This document shows positions 45,284 through 54,292 of a stretch of 64,000 nucleotides of DNA, piece after piece (position 1 is the first letter of the stretch; the number at the start of each line of letters is the position of its first letter). The DNA comes from Thermoplasmata archaeon (GTDB taxonomy: Archaea; Thermoplasmatota; Thermoplasmata; Lutacidiplasmatales; UBA184). The notes below the pieces were generated by a model, which did not search any database, was not told where the DNA came from, and was given only the letters and a program-made list of their open reading frames with translations. Location of the stretch: contig JAGWLG010000010.1 of NCBI GenBank assembly GCA_028864975.1, forward strand, positions 26,352 to 90,351, written 5' to 3'. Position numbers and translations under genes: made by a program.

Positions 45284-46313
45284 AGGCCACTCCACGCCAC
45301 GGGCCAGGGCTCGCGAGGCGTTCTGCCACACTCACACCAAAGTGTCGCTCGATGGGAGAGAAGATTTCGGGGTCGCGTCCCCGCGCCTCCCGCAGCGACC
45401 CTACGAGCCGCTCCAGCCCGAGCGGGGTCAGGCGTCCCAGCGGAGCGCGGCAGAGGCCCCCGGGCAGCCCGAGGACGGCGAGCGCGGCCTTGACGGGCAC
45501 CGGGTTGCGGCTCACGACGGGGACCTCGCCTCGTGGGGTCGGCTCCTGAACGCGGATCGTCACGTTCTGGAAGAGCGGCTCGAGGGCCTGGGCCGCTCGC
45601 TCCGCCCGCTCCCATGCCCCGTCAAGGGCTGCGTCGACGAAAGCCCGAACGCTGAAGGGGGCGAGGTTCGACGCGACGGAGACCACTCCGTCCGCGGCGG
45701 ACGCGGGGTTGCGCATCATGGAAAGGGTCCGAGCATCGTCCCCCGAGAGGAGGGAGAACGGGCGTGGGAGGAGCGAGCGGACCCCGCGAGAGTACGTGTC
45801 GTCCCCGCAGGCATCCTTGAGCGCGGAGACGTTCGCGTGCTCCTCGTGGAGCAGCGCGAGGTCGATCGGGTGCATCCGGGTCCCGGTCCTTGCCGGGATG
45901 CTGTAGACCAGGAACTGCAGGTCGGGGAACTGGGAAGCGAGCGGTCCTAGGAACTCACGACGCACCTCGGGAGAGCTCGGAGCGTTGTAGTAGGGTTCGA
46001 CGACCATCGCGTCCTGGACCCCCGCCTCTCTCGCGAACCGGGCCAACCCGCACGTCTCCTCGAGGCTGTTCTTCCCGACGCCCATGACCACCCGAACTCG
46101 GGAGGGGAGCTCTTCGAGCGCCAGCCGGACCAGGCGCTCGAGCTCGCCGTGGGAGAGCGTAGGGGACTCGCCCGTGGTCCCCCCGAGCACCACGCCGTCG
46201 ACCCGGGCCTTCGCCTGGAAGGAAAGCAGGCTTCGCGTTCCTTCCCAGTCGATCTCGCCCCGGCCACGTGTGGGCGTCACGAGCGCCGTGAACACCCCGC
46301 GCATCGGCTGCAT
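45270..46313 (-). CDS. dapA: 4-hydroxy-tetrahydrodipicolinate synthase
   Basis: GVFTALVTP, GTTGESPTL, PYYN, YSIPARTG, catalytic K in ALKDACG, LSGDD, NPVPVKAAL. ATG 46313 fits the TATA spacing. Confidence 0.9.
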   Translation of the reverse strand: MQPMRGVFTALVTPTRGRGEIDWEGTRSLLSFQAKARVDGVVLGGTTGESPTLSHGELERLVRLALEELPSRVRVVMGVGKNSLEETCGLARFAREAGVQDAMVVEPYYNAPSSPEVRREFLGPLASQFPDLQFLVYSIPARTGTRMHPIDLALLHEEHANVSALKDACGDDTYSRGVRSLLPRPFSLLSGDDARTLSMMRNPASAADGVVSVASNLAPFSVRAFVDAALDGAWERAERAAQALEPLFQNVTIRVQEPTPRGEVPVVSRNPVPVKAALAVLGLPGGLCRAPLGRLTPLGLERLVGSLREARGRDPEIFSPIERHFGVSVAERLASPGPWRGVAYERY

Positions 46314-46337
46314 GGGCGCGCCCACACGGAAGCGCGC

Positions 46338-46383
46338 AGATAAGGGTTTCTCGATTTTCGGCTTAGTTCAACGATTTTCGTCT
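46338..46383 (-). promoter_or_regulatory. dap operon promoter with tandem Lrp-family (Ptr2/LysM-like) boxes
   Basis: TCGATTTTCGG (46351-46361) and ACGATTTTCGT (46371-46381), 20 bp apart, directly upstream of GAAACC-CTTATCT (BRE/TATA-like, 46350-46338). Confidence 0.6.
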
Positions 46384-46389
46384 ATTCCG

Positions 46390-46461
46390 TCAGGGGAGTG
46401 GCCTCCCCTTCATCGTCGGGCCGGCAACCGCGAGCCATGCGCTCGTATCGACAAGGTTCAC
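46390..46461 (-). pseudogene. Truncated vapC (PIN toxin) remnant
   Basis: GTG overlaps the upstream TGA and reads MNLVDTSAWLAVA..., a typical PIN N-terminus, but the frame stops after 23 codons. Confidence 0.7.
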
Positions 46462-46709
46462 CGTCGAACCGGGTAGAGGTGCTTGTCGTGGTCCCGGCTG
46501 GTCCAGTGCTTGGGGCCCTTCCCCTTCTTCAGGGGGAAGATCTCGAAGAGAGGATCGCTCGGGACGAACCTGTCGGGAAAGAGGTAGGTATGGAGCGCCT
46601 CCCGGATGACCTCCTGGAGTGTCCGCCGTTCTCTCCGGGCCCGCTCCTTGAGCGCATCATACTCTGCATCGGGGACGCGCGTCCGAACTAGCTTCATGTA
46701 ATCTGTCAT
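46458..46709 (-). CDS. RHH/CopG (VapB-like) antitoxin, copy A
   Basis: KLVRTRVPDAEYDALKERARRERRTLQEVIREAL (RHH), then DPLF...SRDHDKHLY. Confidence 0.75.
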   Translation of the reverse strand: MTDYMKLVRTRVPDAEYDALKERARRERRTLQEVIREALHTYLFPDRFVPSDPLFEIFPLKKGKGPKHWTSRDHDKHLYPVRR

Positions 46710-46800
46710 CGGTGTTCGACTATGAGTGCCCCTCGGGCCAACCCACGGCGACCCGTGCGGGATCGCGCGTCCCCCAAGCGAGGCGAGGAGCAAGCCACCG

Positions 46801-47508
46801 ATGAGCGAGCTTCCCGGCCGCCTCGCCTGCTGGAACATCGAATTGGAGTACGGGGTCGCCTCTGACGGGACGCTCTTCGCTCTCTCGGGCAAGTCCGATG
46901 ACGAGCTCCCCCTCCTCGTCGTCCTACGCTACGACGGCGGACACCTTCTCTTCTTCCATCCGAAGGTCCCGCGCCTCGCGCGACTTCGGCTCGACGAGCT
47001 GGGGGAGGAGGCCGTGCTGGAGCATCCCGAGAATATCGTGGACGTTCTGCGGGAGAACCGGGTCGCGGGCCCGCGGGTCGTTGCAAGCCCGTTCTACGAA
47101 GGCCTTCATTTCGCGGTGGCACCCACGCCGCTCGAGAGTCCCGAGGTCGTGGAGGAACGTGGCAGCTTCCGGGTGCTCCGCGACGGCCGCGCTGTGACGA
47201 AGGCGTGGACGGTGCGGGAGAACGCCTGGGCGGCCGAGGTCGCTGTCGAGACACTACCGGACTTCCGTCGCCAAGGGCTGGCCCGCCAGGTCACCGCCGC
47301 GTGGGGGCATCGAGTCCTGGCCTCGGGGCGAGTGGCCTTCTTTTCTCACAGACGTGATGACTTCGCCTCGGCCGCCCTCGCGCGGAGCCTTGGGCTGAGC
47401 CACTACGCGACCACTCGGGAGTACTCCAACCATGCGACGGATCGACCCGACGGGCAGTCGGCACACCTTGGGGGGAGTCGACGTGAAGTGCCCTTCCTCG
47501 GGCAGTGA
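46801..47508 (+). CDS. GNAT-family N-acetyltransferase
   Basis: C-terminal EVAVETLPDFRRQGLARQVTAAW acetyl-CoA motif A; ASAALARSLG motif B. Confidence 0.8.
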   Translation: MSELPGRLACWNIELEYGVASDGTLFALSGKSDDELPLLVVLRYDGGHLLFFHPKVPRLARLRLDELGEEAVLEHPENIVDVLRENRVAGPRVVASPFYEGLHFAVAPTPLESPEVVEERGSFRVLRDGRAVTKAWTVRENAWAAEVAVETLPDFRRQGLARQVTAAWGHRVLASGRVAFFSHRRDDFASAALARSLGLSHYATTREYSNHATDRPDGQSAHLGGSRREVPFLGQ

Positions 47509-47593
47509 ACCCGCAGGGTAGGCGACTGAGCGCGACCTCCGGGGCCCGCACGCCTCCGAAGGAAAGCGCGCCCGCCTCGGGGCGTCCATATGG

Positions 47594-47857
47594 GTGGGCA
47601 TGCTCATGTTACGAACGATGACCGTCGTTCGGATCGTCCTTTCCCAAGCGGAGTACGAGCTCCTCCGGCGCAGATCCAAGACCGAAGGGCGCTCCAAGCA
47701 AGAGATAGTACGCGAGGCGCTACGAGCCTATCTGCTTCCCGACCGCTTCGTTCCCGATGACCCGCTCTTCAAGGCGTTCCCCCGGGCACGAGGGCGGCGG
47801 GGCACCGACCGCACCTCCGAGCGCGTGGATGATGTCGTCTACGGGAGCAGGCGGTAA
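47594..47857 (+). CDS. RHH/CopG (VapB-like) antitoxin, copy B
   Basis: VVRIVLSQAEYELLRRRSKTEGRSKQEIVREAL, DPLF, SERVDDVVYG; clear paralog of copy A. Confidence 0.75.
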   Translation: MGMLMLRTMTVVRIVLSQAEYELLRRRSKTEGRSKQEIVREALRAYLLPDRFVPDDPLFKAFPRARGRRGTDRTSERVDDVVYGSRR

Positions 47858-47925
47858 TCCTCGTCGACCCATCTTCGGCGCGCGCGACGTCTTCAAGCCA
47901 CCGACCCGCTCGCCGCAGCCCATGA
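47854..47925 (+). pseudogene. Probable second vapC remnant (start codon lost)
   Basis: CGGTAATCCTCGTCGAC: GTA-ATC-CTC-GTC-GAC = (V)ILVD overlapping the antitoxin stop. One G>A change from a GTGA start/stop overlap; the frame ends after 23 codons. Confidence 0.45.
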
Positions 47926-48353
47926 TCGACGAGGAGGACCTCGCCTCCACGGTGCTGACCTTCCTCGGCGCCAGTTTCGGTTACGAGCGGACGGTCCCGA
48001 TCGAGGGCACGTCGTTCCTCCTCTTCACACGCCGTGAGACCGAGAGCGAAGCAAAGTTCCGACCCAAGACGGTGCGGAGGTGGGTCCTCCTTCCGCAGGA
48101 GTGGGTCTTCACCGACCGGAACCAGGAGGTCCTGGTCCTCGGCAAGGACGGTAAACGACCAAAGGGCGGCGGGCTCGTCGCCCTTCAGAGCTCGGACGGA
48201 ACACGTCCCCCGGCCGAGTTCCAAGAGCAGGGGATCGACTTTGTCACCCGCAAGTTCCCGGGGGACCTCGAGCTCTACCTCGTGAGGTCCTTAATCGGGG
48301 CCTTGCTCACGACGAAGGGACTCGAGTCCCTAGGCCTTCCCGCCCCGCTTTGA
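47922..48353 (+). CDS. Hypothetical protein (143 aa)
   Basis: Globular composition from ATG 47922; no motif recognised. Confidence 0.55.
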   Translation: MIDEEDLASTVLTFLGASFGYERTVPIEGTSFLLFTRRETESEAKFRPKTVRRWVLLPQEWVFTDRNQEVLVLGKDGKRPKGGGLVALQSSDGTRPPAEFQEQGIDFVTRKFPGDLELYLVRSLIGALLTTKGLESLGLPAPL

Positions 48354-48362
48354 CGTCGGCCG

Positions 48363-48536
48363 CTAGATCGGCAGACGCCGCCGTCGGAGCTCCGGGAACA
48401 GGATGTACGATTGGCCATTGATGGCTAGGAGCGTGCGACCGGCCTCCGCGAAGGCCCGGTCCGCCAGCCCCTGCCAGTCCTTTTCTTTCCTTCGTGGCCA
48501 CCGGAGGGCCCGGAGGTCGAGCTTCATCGAGGCCAT
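48363..48536 (-). CDS. 57-aa hypothetical protein not in the ORF track
   Basis: MASMKLDLRALRWPRRKEKDWQGLADRAFAEAGRTLLAINGQSYILFPELRRRRLPI*; SD-like GGAGTG upstream; starts 6 nt after the preceding stop. Confidence 0.45.
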   Translation of the reverse strand: MASMKLDLRALRWPRRKEKDWQGLADRAFAEAGRTLLAINGQSYILFPELRRRRLPI

Positions 48537-48542
48537 CGTTTC

Positions 48543-48782
48543 TCACTCCTCGTCGCCGTCCGCGCCTTCGTCCCCGACCTCGGAGGGGTGCACCGGAACT
48601 GGGGGGCGGGGTGGCACGAACGGTAGACCCGGTCGTTTTTCGCTGGCATCGACCAGGACCCGGTCCTTCGCCTTCCTCGCGAGGACCCCTCCACTCTCCA
48701 CTTTGGGAGCCAAGGTCGCAGACGCGCTCTGCTTCCGCCGGGACCATTCCTCGTAGTCGACCACCTTCACGGCCGCCATCAT
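48543..48782 (-). CDS. 79-aa hypothetical protein
   Basis: MMAAVKVVDYEEWSRRKQ... with acidic tail; purine-rich GGTGGGAG SD-like stretch upstream. Confidence 0.45.
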   Translation of the reverse strand: MMAAVKVVDYEEWSRRKQSASATLAPKVESGGVLARKAKDRVLVDASEKRPGLPFVPPRPPVPVHPSEVGDEGADGDEE

Positions 48783-48974
48783 TCTCCCACCTTCTTTCCC
48801 GCCCTCTTCGGGGCTTGTGAATGCGTATCCGCCCGCGTACCGTATGAACTCCGGGACAATCGCTCGGGCTTCGTCTTGGACACCGCGGCACACCGTGACG
48901 TGGGGCTCCGCGAAGGGCCTTCCCTCAAGGACAGCACCGAAAGGTGCATGAGCTCCTCGCGGTGATTCCCCCCG

Positions 48975-49292
48975 ATGCCGCTGCTCTTCCCGGACACCGC
49001 CGTGAGCCACGACACGATGGTCCAGCTCTACCAGGAGTTCGTCAAGGAGCTCGAAGGGGAGCAGAAGATCCTGCTCGCTCCCCCGGTGGAGGTTTCCGAC
49101 CCGCTTCGCTTGCAGACGGCGAGGGAGCTCCTCGACGACGCCCTCCACGCCGTCCGCCACGCGGACCCCGCGAAGATGTCGCGGGAGGAGCTCCGCGCGT
49201 GGGTGAACCTACAATACGACCTGAGCAAGGTCGCGGTCGAGTACCTCAAGACGTGCCTCGCGATGCCGTCGGTCCCGAAGAAGAGGAGCTAG
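48975..49292 (+). CDS. 105-aa helical hypothetical protein
   Basis: Amphipathic helices (MVQLYQEFVKEL; WVNLQYDLSKVAVEYLK); composition unlike GC shadow ORFs. Confidence 0.6.
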   Translation: MPLLFPDTAVSHDTMVQLYQEFVKELEGEQKILLAPPVEVSDPLRLQTARELLDDALHAVRHADPAKMSREELRAWVNLQYDLSKVAVEYLKTCLAMPSVPKKRS

Positions 49293-52200
49293 GGCGAGGG
49301 CTCCCCTCTCCTCGACCATACGGCAACCGGGCCGCAGCAAGCACACCGCAGCGTTCGTACATCTGCCACGCCTCGGACCGATGGGCCGATGCGTCCTCGA
49401 CCCGGCCCTCCCTCTCCTCCCAATCGGCCTGGACCGCCCGTACGTTCGCGGCCTCGACCAGGTTCCCATCTCCCCGGGCCATCACGTACGCCTCCTCCAG
49501 CCTGGACCAGCCCACCCCCGGAGCTCCGGTCGCCAAGGCCAGCTCCCCGCGAACGCGGAGCAACGTGGGGACGATCATGCGCTGGAGGACCTTCTGGACG
49601 GCCGCGACCCGTTGGAGCTCCTCCTCCGAGCGTGCGGTCAGCCCCAGGGAGAGCGACGCTTCGGCCATGGCGAGGTCGCAGGCCGCCTCCATCTCGCGAT
49701 GCCCGATCCTCCGGTAGCCGTCGCGGGCCCGTACAAGGACCTCGTGCGCCTGAGCGGGCCTTCCCTGACGAAGGCGAAGGTCGCCCTCGACCCTCGGGAC
49801 CCCCACATCGCCTTGCGGCAGTCCGAAGCGCTGGGCGAGCCGCCGGGCCTCGCTCAGGGCCACCTCCGCCGCGCCGAACTCCCCCCGTCGGGCGCAGGTC
49901 GACGCGAGGTTGAGCGCATCCAGGACGGCGCCGGAGACATGCCCGATCTGACGGTCGATGACGAGGGTCCGCTCGAACGCGCTCTGACATGCCGCGAGGT
50001 CGCCCGAGATCTCGGCCAGGGCCCCCTCCAGCACGAGGCAGTAGGTCTCGAGGCGAGGAGAGCCCAAACGTCGCGAAACGGACCAGACGTCCTCGAGGAC
50101 CTTGCGAGCGTCCTCGATCCTACCGAGCTCCTTGAGCGCCCAACCGGAATTGTAGAGCGCCATCAACCGTGCCCCCGCCAGCTCCTCCTCCATCCTCGCG
50201 TCCGCGATTCTGCGAAGGCTCTCCTGGGAGAGTTCGAGCGCTCGGGCGTAGTTCCCGGAGCGCTGGAGGGCGGTGACCCTCTGATTGACCGCGCTCGTCC
50301 AGACCTTGAGGGGGACCTTGTCCCCGTTCCGCGCGATCTCCTCCTCGAACTTCTCCAACCGCTCTCGGGCGGCGGGAGGGTCGAAAGGACGCAGGAGGGT
50401 GATCATCGCCGACTCGAGATACCACGACGCGGGGGGGTCGGCGCCGAGACGCTCGAGGCTCTGGGCCATGCGCAGGGCCTGGGGGGTCGACCCCTGGTCC
50501 GCCAGCATCGCGGAGATGGCGCGGAGCCCCTCCTCCACCCGGGGCTGGGAGCTGTCCCCACGAAGGGCGAGAAGCTCCTGGAGCCATCCATGGAAGCGTT
50601 CGGCCCCCTCCGCATGATGGGCGCGGATCGCCTGGTCGATGGCCCGTCGTGCCCAAGGCAACCCCTCCGAGGGCTCTCGTGCCTCGTACCAAAGCCGAGC
50701 GACCTCGTCCACGCGGTCCGGTCGGTGCGTGGCCCACCACTCCGCGAGGGTGCGAGAGAGGGCCTTTCGACGCCCGTCGGGGGTGGAGGCAACCGCGCAC
50801 TCCCAGAGCAGCGGGTGGGTGAATCGCCAACGGTCCTCCTCTTCTTCGAACGCAAAGAGCCTCGAAGAGCTTCCCAGGCGCTGGAGCTCCTGTGTCAGGG
50901 TCTCCCGTTCCATCCCGAGGACGCTCGCAAGGGGAGGAAGTTCGAAGCGGCTTCCGACGAGGGCGGCCACTTCGACCAGCGCGCGGTCGGGGTCGCTGAG
51001 CCCTTCGAGCTGCCGCGTCAGCATCCGGCGCAGCGATTCCGGGATCTCGTGCGCGGCCGCTTCCGGCGATGGAACTTGGATCTTGCCATCCACACGAGGG
51101 AACCGACCGGACGCGAGCCCCGCCCGGACCGCCTCGGTCAGGAAGTACGGGTTCCCTCCCGTCCGTTCTCGTAAGGCACGGAGACCCTCCTCCGAGGCCT
51201 CCCGGGCGACGGGCGACCCCGACACGGATCCGACCAGGCGCTCGACCTCGGGCTCCGTCAGTCCCTGCAGGTCGATCCGCCGAGCGAGCCGGTCCTCCTG
51301 CATCTTCGCGAGGACCTCGGCCAGCACGGTCCCTGGCTGGACCCCCTCTCCTCGACCTTCGGTTCGAAGGCTCGCCACGATGAGGACGCGCAGCGAGATC
51401 GCGTTCCGTGCGAGAAAATGGAAGGTCCGCAGCGAAGGCTCGTCGGTCCACTGCAGGTCGTCCAGGAGCAGGAGCTGGGGGGAGGCCCGTTGTCGGCGCT
51501 CGAGCTCATCGAGGTAGGCGAGCATCCTTTCACTAGGCGGAGCAGAGCGGTCGGGGCCACGTTCCTCCTCACCGGTCAAGGGAACGACCTCGCCTTCCGC
51601 CTGGAGGAGGCTCATCTGCCGCGGCTCGAGCGTCTTGGGGTTCAGGACCAGAATGATCGAACCGCCGTTCCGGAGCGCCTCGTCCCGCACCGCCTGGACG
51701 AACTTCAGCACCGGCACGAACCCGTTGTAGCTTACGAGATAGTCCAGGGCAGCGAGGACGACGGCCTCTCCCCGGCGGTCTCGCAAATGCGAGAGGACCC
51801 GGTCGGCGACGATGTCCAGGAGCTCGGGCGCCAGGTGGGCGTCGGAAGCGGCGCGGCTCAGAAGGACCTTCGTCCCGCCGTCCTGAAGAGGAAGCGCAAA
51901 GGCGCGGTCGGGGAGCGAGCCTGCCCGGGCAAGGAGGAGCGGGTGCCGCCCCTTGACCGAGTCCGCGAGCTCCTTCCAGAACCGTTCCTCCGCGGCGCCC
52001 CGGACCAGGAGGAGCGGTGGTGGCTCCCTTTCGCCCAATCGACGGACGACGGCCGCCGCGGCATTCCCCTCGCGAGGTCGCAGGAGCTGTTCGAAGGCGA
52101 AGAAGGGAGAGGCGGCTTCGCGCACCCCGTAGCCCCAGGAGGTTTCGAACCCCCCCCTTCGGGCTGTCGACTCGAGCCATCTCATCAGCTGGGTCTTGCC

Positions 52201-52326
52201 CATCCCCACCGTGGCCGAGACCACCCACGCCCCTCCCGCGCCGGTCCGTGCGTGTTCGAGCGCGTCCGAGAGCTGCTCCTGTTCAGTCGAGCGCCCCACG
52301 ATGGGGAGCTCGATGGACGAGGTCAT
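49246..52326 (-). CDS. STAND-type AAA ATPase with inserted DUF835-like domain and C-terminal TPRs
   Basis: IVGRSTE, Walker A ATVGMGKT, insert ...VVLAALDYLVSYNGFVPVLKFVQAVRD..., Walker B LLLLDDLQW, GGNPYFL, TPR-like repeats. Confidence 0.85.
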   Translation of the reverse strand: MTSSIELPIVGRSTEQEQLSDALEHARTGAGGAWVVSATVGMGKTQLMRWLESTARRGGFETSWGYGVREAASPFFAFEQLLRPREGNAAAAVVRRLGEREPPPLLLVRGAAEERFWKELADSVKGRHPLLLARAGSLPDRAFALPLQDGGTKVLLSRAASDAHLAPELLDIVADRVLSHLRDRRGEAVVLAALDYLVSYNGFVPVLKFVQAVRDEALRNGGSIILVLNPKTLEPRQMSLLQAEGEVVPLTGEEERGPDRSAPPSERMLAYLDELERRQRASPQLLLLDDLQWTDEPSLRTFHFLARNAISLRVLIVASLRTEGRGEGVQPGTVLAEVLAKMQEDRLARRIDLQGLTEPEVERLVGSVSGSPVAREASEEGLRALRERTGGNPYFLTEAVRAGLASGRFPRVDGKIQVPSPEAAAHEIPESLRRMLTRQLEGLSDPDRALVEVAALVGSRFELPPLASVLGMERETLTQELQRLGSSSRLFAFEEEEDRWRFTHPLLWECAVASTPDGRRKALSRTLAEWWATHRPDRVDEVARLWYEAREPSEGLPWARRAIDQAIRAHHAEGAERFHGWLQELLALRGDSSQPRVEEGLRAISAMLADQGSTPQALRMAQSLERLGADPPASWYLESAMITLLRPFDPPAARERLEKFEEEIARNGDKVPLKVWTSAVNQRVTALQRSGNYARALELSQESLRRIADARMEEELAGARLMALYNSGWALKELGRIEDARKVLEDVWSVSRRLGSPRLETYCLVLEGALAEISGDLAACQSAFERTLVIDRQIGHVSGAVLDALNLASTCARRGEFGAAEVALSEARRLAQRFGLPQGDVGVPRVEGDLRLRQGRPAQAHEVLVRARDGYRRIGHREMEAACDLAMAEASLSLGLTARSEEELQRVAAVQKVLQRMIVPTLLRVRGELALATGAPGVGWSRLEEAYVMARGDGNLVEAANVRAVQADWEEREGRVEDASAHRSEAWQMYERCGVLAAARLPYGRGEGSPRPSSSSSGPTASRGTS

Positions 52327-52444
52327 GCTCGAAGAGCGTGCTACCACCGTCGGTTCACCTCCCCGGAGGAGATCCGCCTCGAAAGCGCCGGTTCGTCAAG
52401 ACCCCCGGATTGCCCGCCCATCGCTCAGTTCGCTCTCCCCCCGC

Positions 52445-53050
52445 TCAACATGAGAGCGATGGCGGCGCGTCCACCACGACCTCCCCGAAGGTGAAGCCGG
52501 ACCCGCCGTAGCCGGGCGCGGTGGCGTTGACAAGGAGGATTCCGCCGGCGGGATATCCGGGACGGATCGACCCGTGCAGCCAGGTGAAGTGGGCGACTCC
52601 TCCCGTGTCGGTCGCGGCGGAAGCGGCCGGGGATGCATGGAAGCTCTCGATCCCCTGGTCGATGGTGAGGGAAGCCATCGCCCCCGGGACGGGGGATCCG
52701 TCCGAGCCCAGTACGCGTACATCCACCGCGTCAGTCCCCGTGGGGGAGTCGACCACGAAGGTGCAGTTGTGCGGTACGCTCATGGAGGGCAAGGGTACGA
52801 AGGAGCCATCGGTAGAATTCACGATCGCGCCCCCGGTCCCTGCAACGTCGACGGTGATCGTCGAGATCGCTTTGCCAGAACTCCCCTTCGGGGCACCGGC
52901 GGGATGGCTCTCGAAGTAGAGATAAGTCCCTCCGATCGCCAAGGCCGCGATCAGGATCGCGGCGATCGCGAGGCCGCGGAGCGCACGTTGTTCCCCGCGG
53001 CGACCCTCCCCCCGCCGTGCAGGCCTCGGGTCATCCGGAGACTCGGTCAT
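52445..53050 (-). CDS. Membrane-anchored exported protein with Ig-like domain
   Basis: N-terminal TM (GLAIAAILIAALAIGGTYLYF), then beta-rich VRVLGSDGSPVPGA...ATDTGGVAHFT. Confidence 0.65.
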   Translation of the reverse strand: MTESPDDPRPARRGEGRRGEQRALRGLAIAAILIAALAIGGTYLYFESHPAGAPKGSSGKAISTITVDVAGTGGAIVNSTDGSFVPLPSMSVPHNCTFVVDSPTGTDAVDVRVLGSDGSPVPGAMASLTIDQGIESFHASPAASAATDTGGVAHFTWLHGSIRPGYPAGGILLVNATAPGYGGSGFTFGEVVVDAPPSLSC

Positions 53051-53146
53051 CCGCTCCGCGGGCCACGCGCCGCTCGACCCGGTAGGGAGCGCGGTTCTTC
53101 AATCCACGCTGTGAGCGGACGGGGGAGACTCTCGGTACTCTCCCCA

Positions 53147-54292
53147 TCAAAGGATGCCCATCTCGGTGAGCTTCTCCGGCAGGTAGGTCTGGGTCACGTA
53201 GTTGAGCCCGTACTTGGCGAGGGACTGCTGCTCCGCTTTCTTCCCGTTCTTGAGCATGAGCTCGATCTCGCTCTTCCAGAGGTCCTCGTTGAACCGGGGG
53301 TCCGTGAGCTCCGCCTTCAGGGCCTGGATGTCGCGGTCGGTCAACTTGTCGCTCGGGAGCTTGTAGTTCTCGATGTCGGAGGCCGTGACCCCCAGGAACT
53401 GCGCGCCGGGGGTCGCGAGGTAGTGGGAGATGTGCGCCGTCTTGATCGCCCCGTACGCCACGGACGCGAAGATGCGGAAGGACCACGGGTCCCCATCGGT
53501 GAACACCACGACGGGGAGCTTCAGCTCCTCGTTCAAGCGCTTCAAGAACCGACGTGTCGAGCGCGCCGGCTGTCCCTTCAGGTGGACGAGGAGGGCATCG
53601 TTGGACTCGTCGAACCCGTTCTCGGCCAGCCGGTCGACCATGCCCCCGCACTCGATCGCAAGGACGAACTTCGCCCCGTGGTCGACGAAGCTGATCTTCT
53701 CCTTCTCGACGTTGGCGGGCAGCTGGTAGCCACCGTCGCCCACGTCGTCACGGCAATTGATCTTCTTCTTCTGGCCCTTGCGGTTGATCTCAGTGATCGT
53801 AAGGTCCCCGATGACGGAGGCGCCGTTCTCCTCCGGGCGCAGCCGGAAGTCCTCTCGCATCCGCTCGCACATGACCTCCAGGTCCTCGACCAGGAGGTTC
53901 GACTCGTTCTCGCTGTGGAACTTCGCCTCCTCCCACTGCTCGCTGATGTAGTAGAGCTCCCTCAACGTCGAGTGCTTGTTCTCCCGGGCCATGTCCTCGA
54001 TGAAGTCGACGAGCCAGAAGGTCCGTAGGAGCATCAGCGCCCCGTCGAGCTTCCTCGCCGAGCGCACGCCGCTCTGACTCCCGAGCCGCCATACCCCATC
54101 ACGCGCGCTGAACGCGATGTTCTGCTTCGTCCGGAGCGGGAGCTTCATCCGGGGAATGTCCCCCTTGTCGAGCTGGGTGTAGATCTGCTGGGCCAAGTCC
54201 AGCGTCGGCTGGAGGACCCGCTTGTCGGTCGAGGGCAGGGGCCCTCGATGCTCACTCTTCGTCGCTGACGGACTCTTTCCCTTCGGCGGCAT
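53147..54292 (-). CDS. top6A: DNA topoisomerase VI subunit A
   Basis: [11 protein letters not shown] (catalytic Tyr), [36 protein letters not shown]. Confidence 0.97.
   Translation of the reverse strand: MPPKGKSPSATKSEHRGPLPSTDKRVLQPTLDLAQQIYTQLDKGDIPRMKLPLRTKQNIAFSARDGVWRLGSQSGVRSARKLDGALMLLRTFWLVDFIEDMARENKHSTLRELYYISEQWEEAKFHSENESNLLVEDLEVMCERMREDFRLRPEENGASVIGDLTITEINRKGQKKKINCRDDVGDGGYQLPANVEKEKISFVDHGAKFVLAIECGGMVDRLAENGFDESNDALLVHLKGQPARSTRRFLKRLNEELKLPVVVFTDGDPWSFRIFASVAYGAIKTAHISHYLATPGAQFLGVTASDIENYKLPSDKLTDRDIQALKAELTDPRFNEDLWKSEIELMLKNGKKAEQQSLAKYGLNYVTQTYLPEKLTEMGIL

Noticed and set aside
46801-47857. Classical RHH-GNAT (AtaRT/TacAT-type) toxin-antitoxin pair
   Set aside because: The gene order and spacing do not fit (no antitoxin overlapping upstream of the GNAT), and both RHH genes are followed by PIN stubs, so VapC was the original partner.
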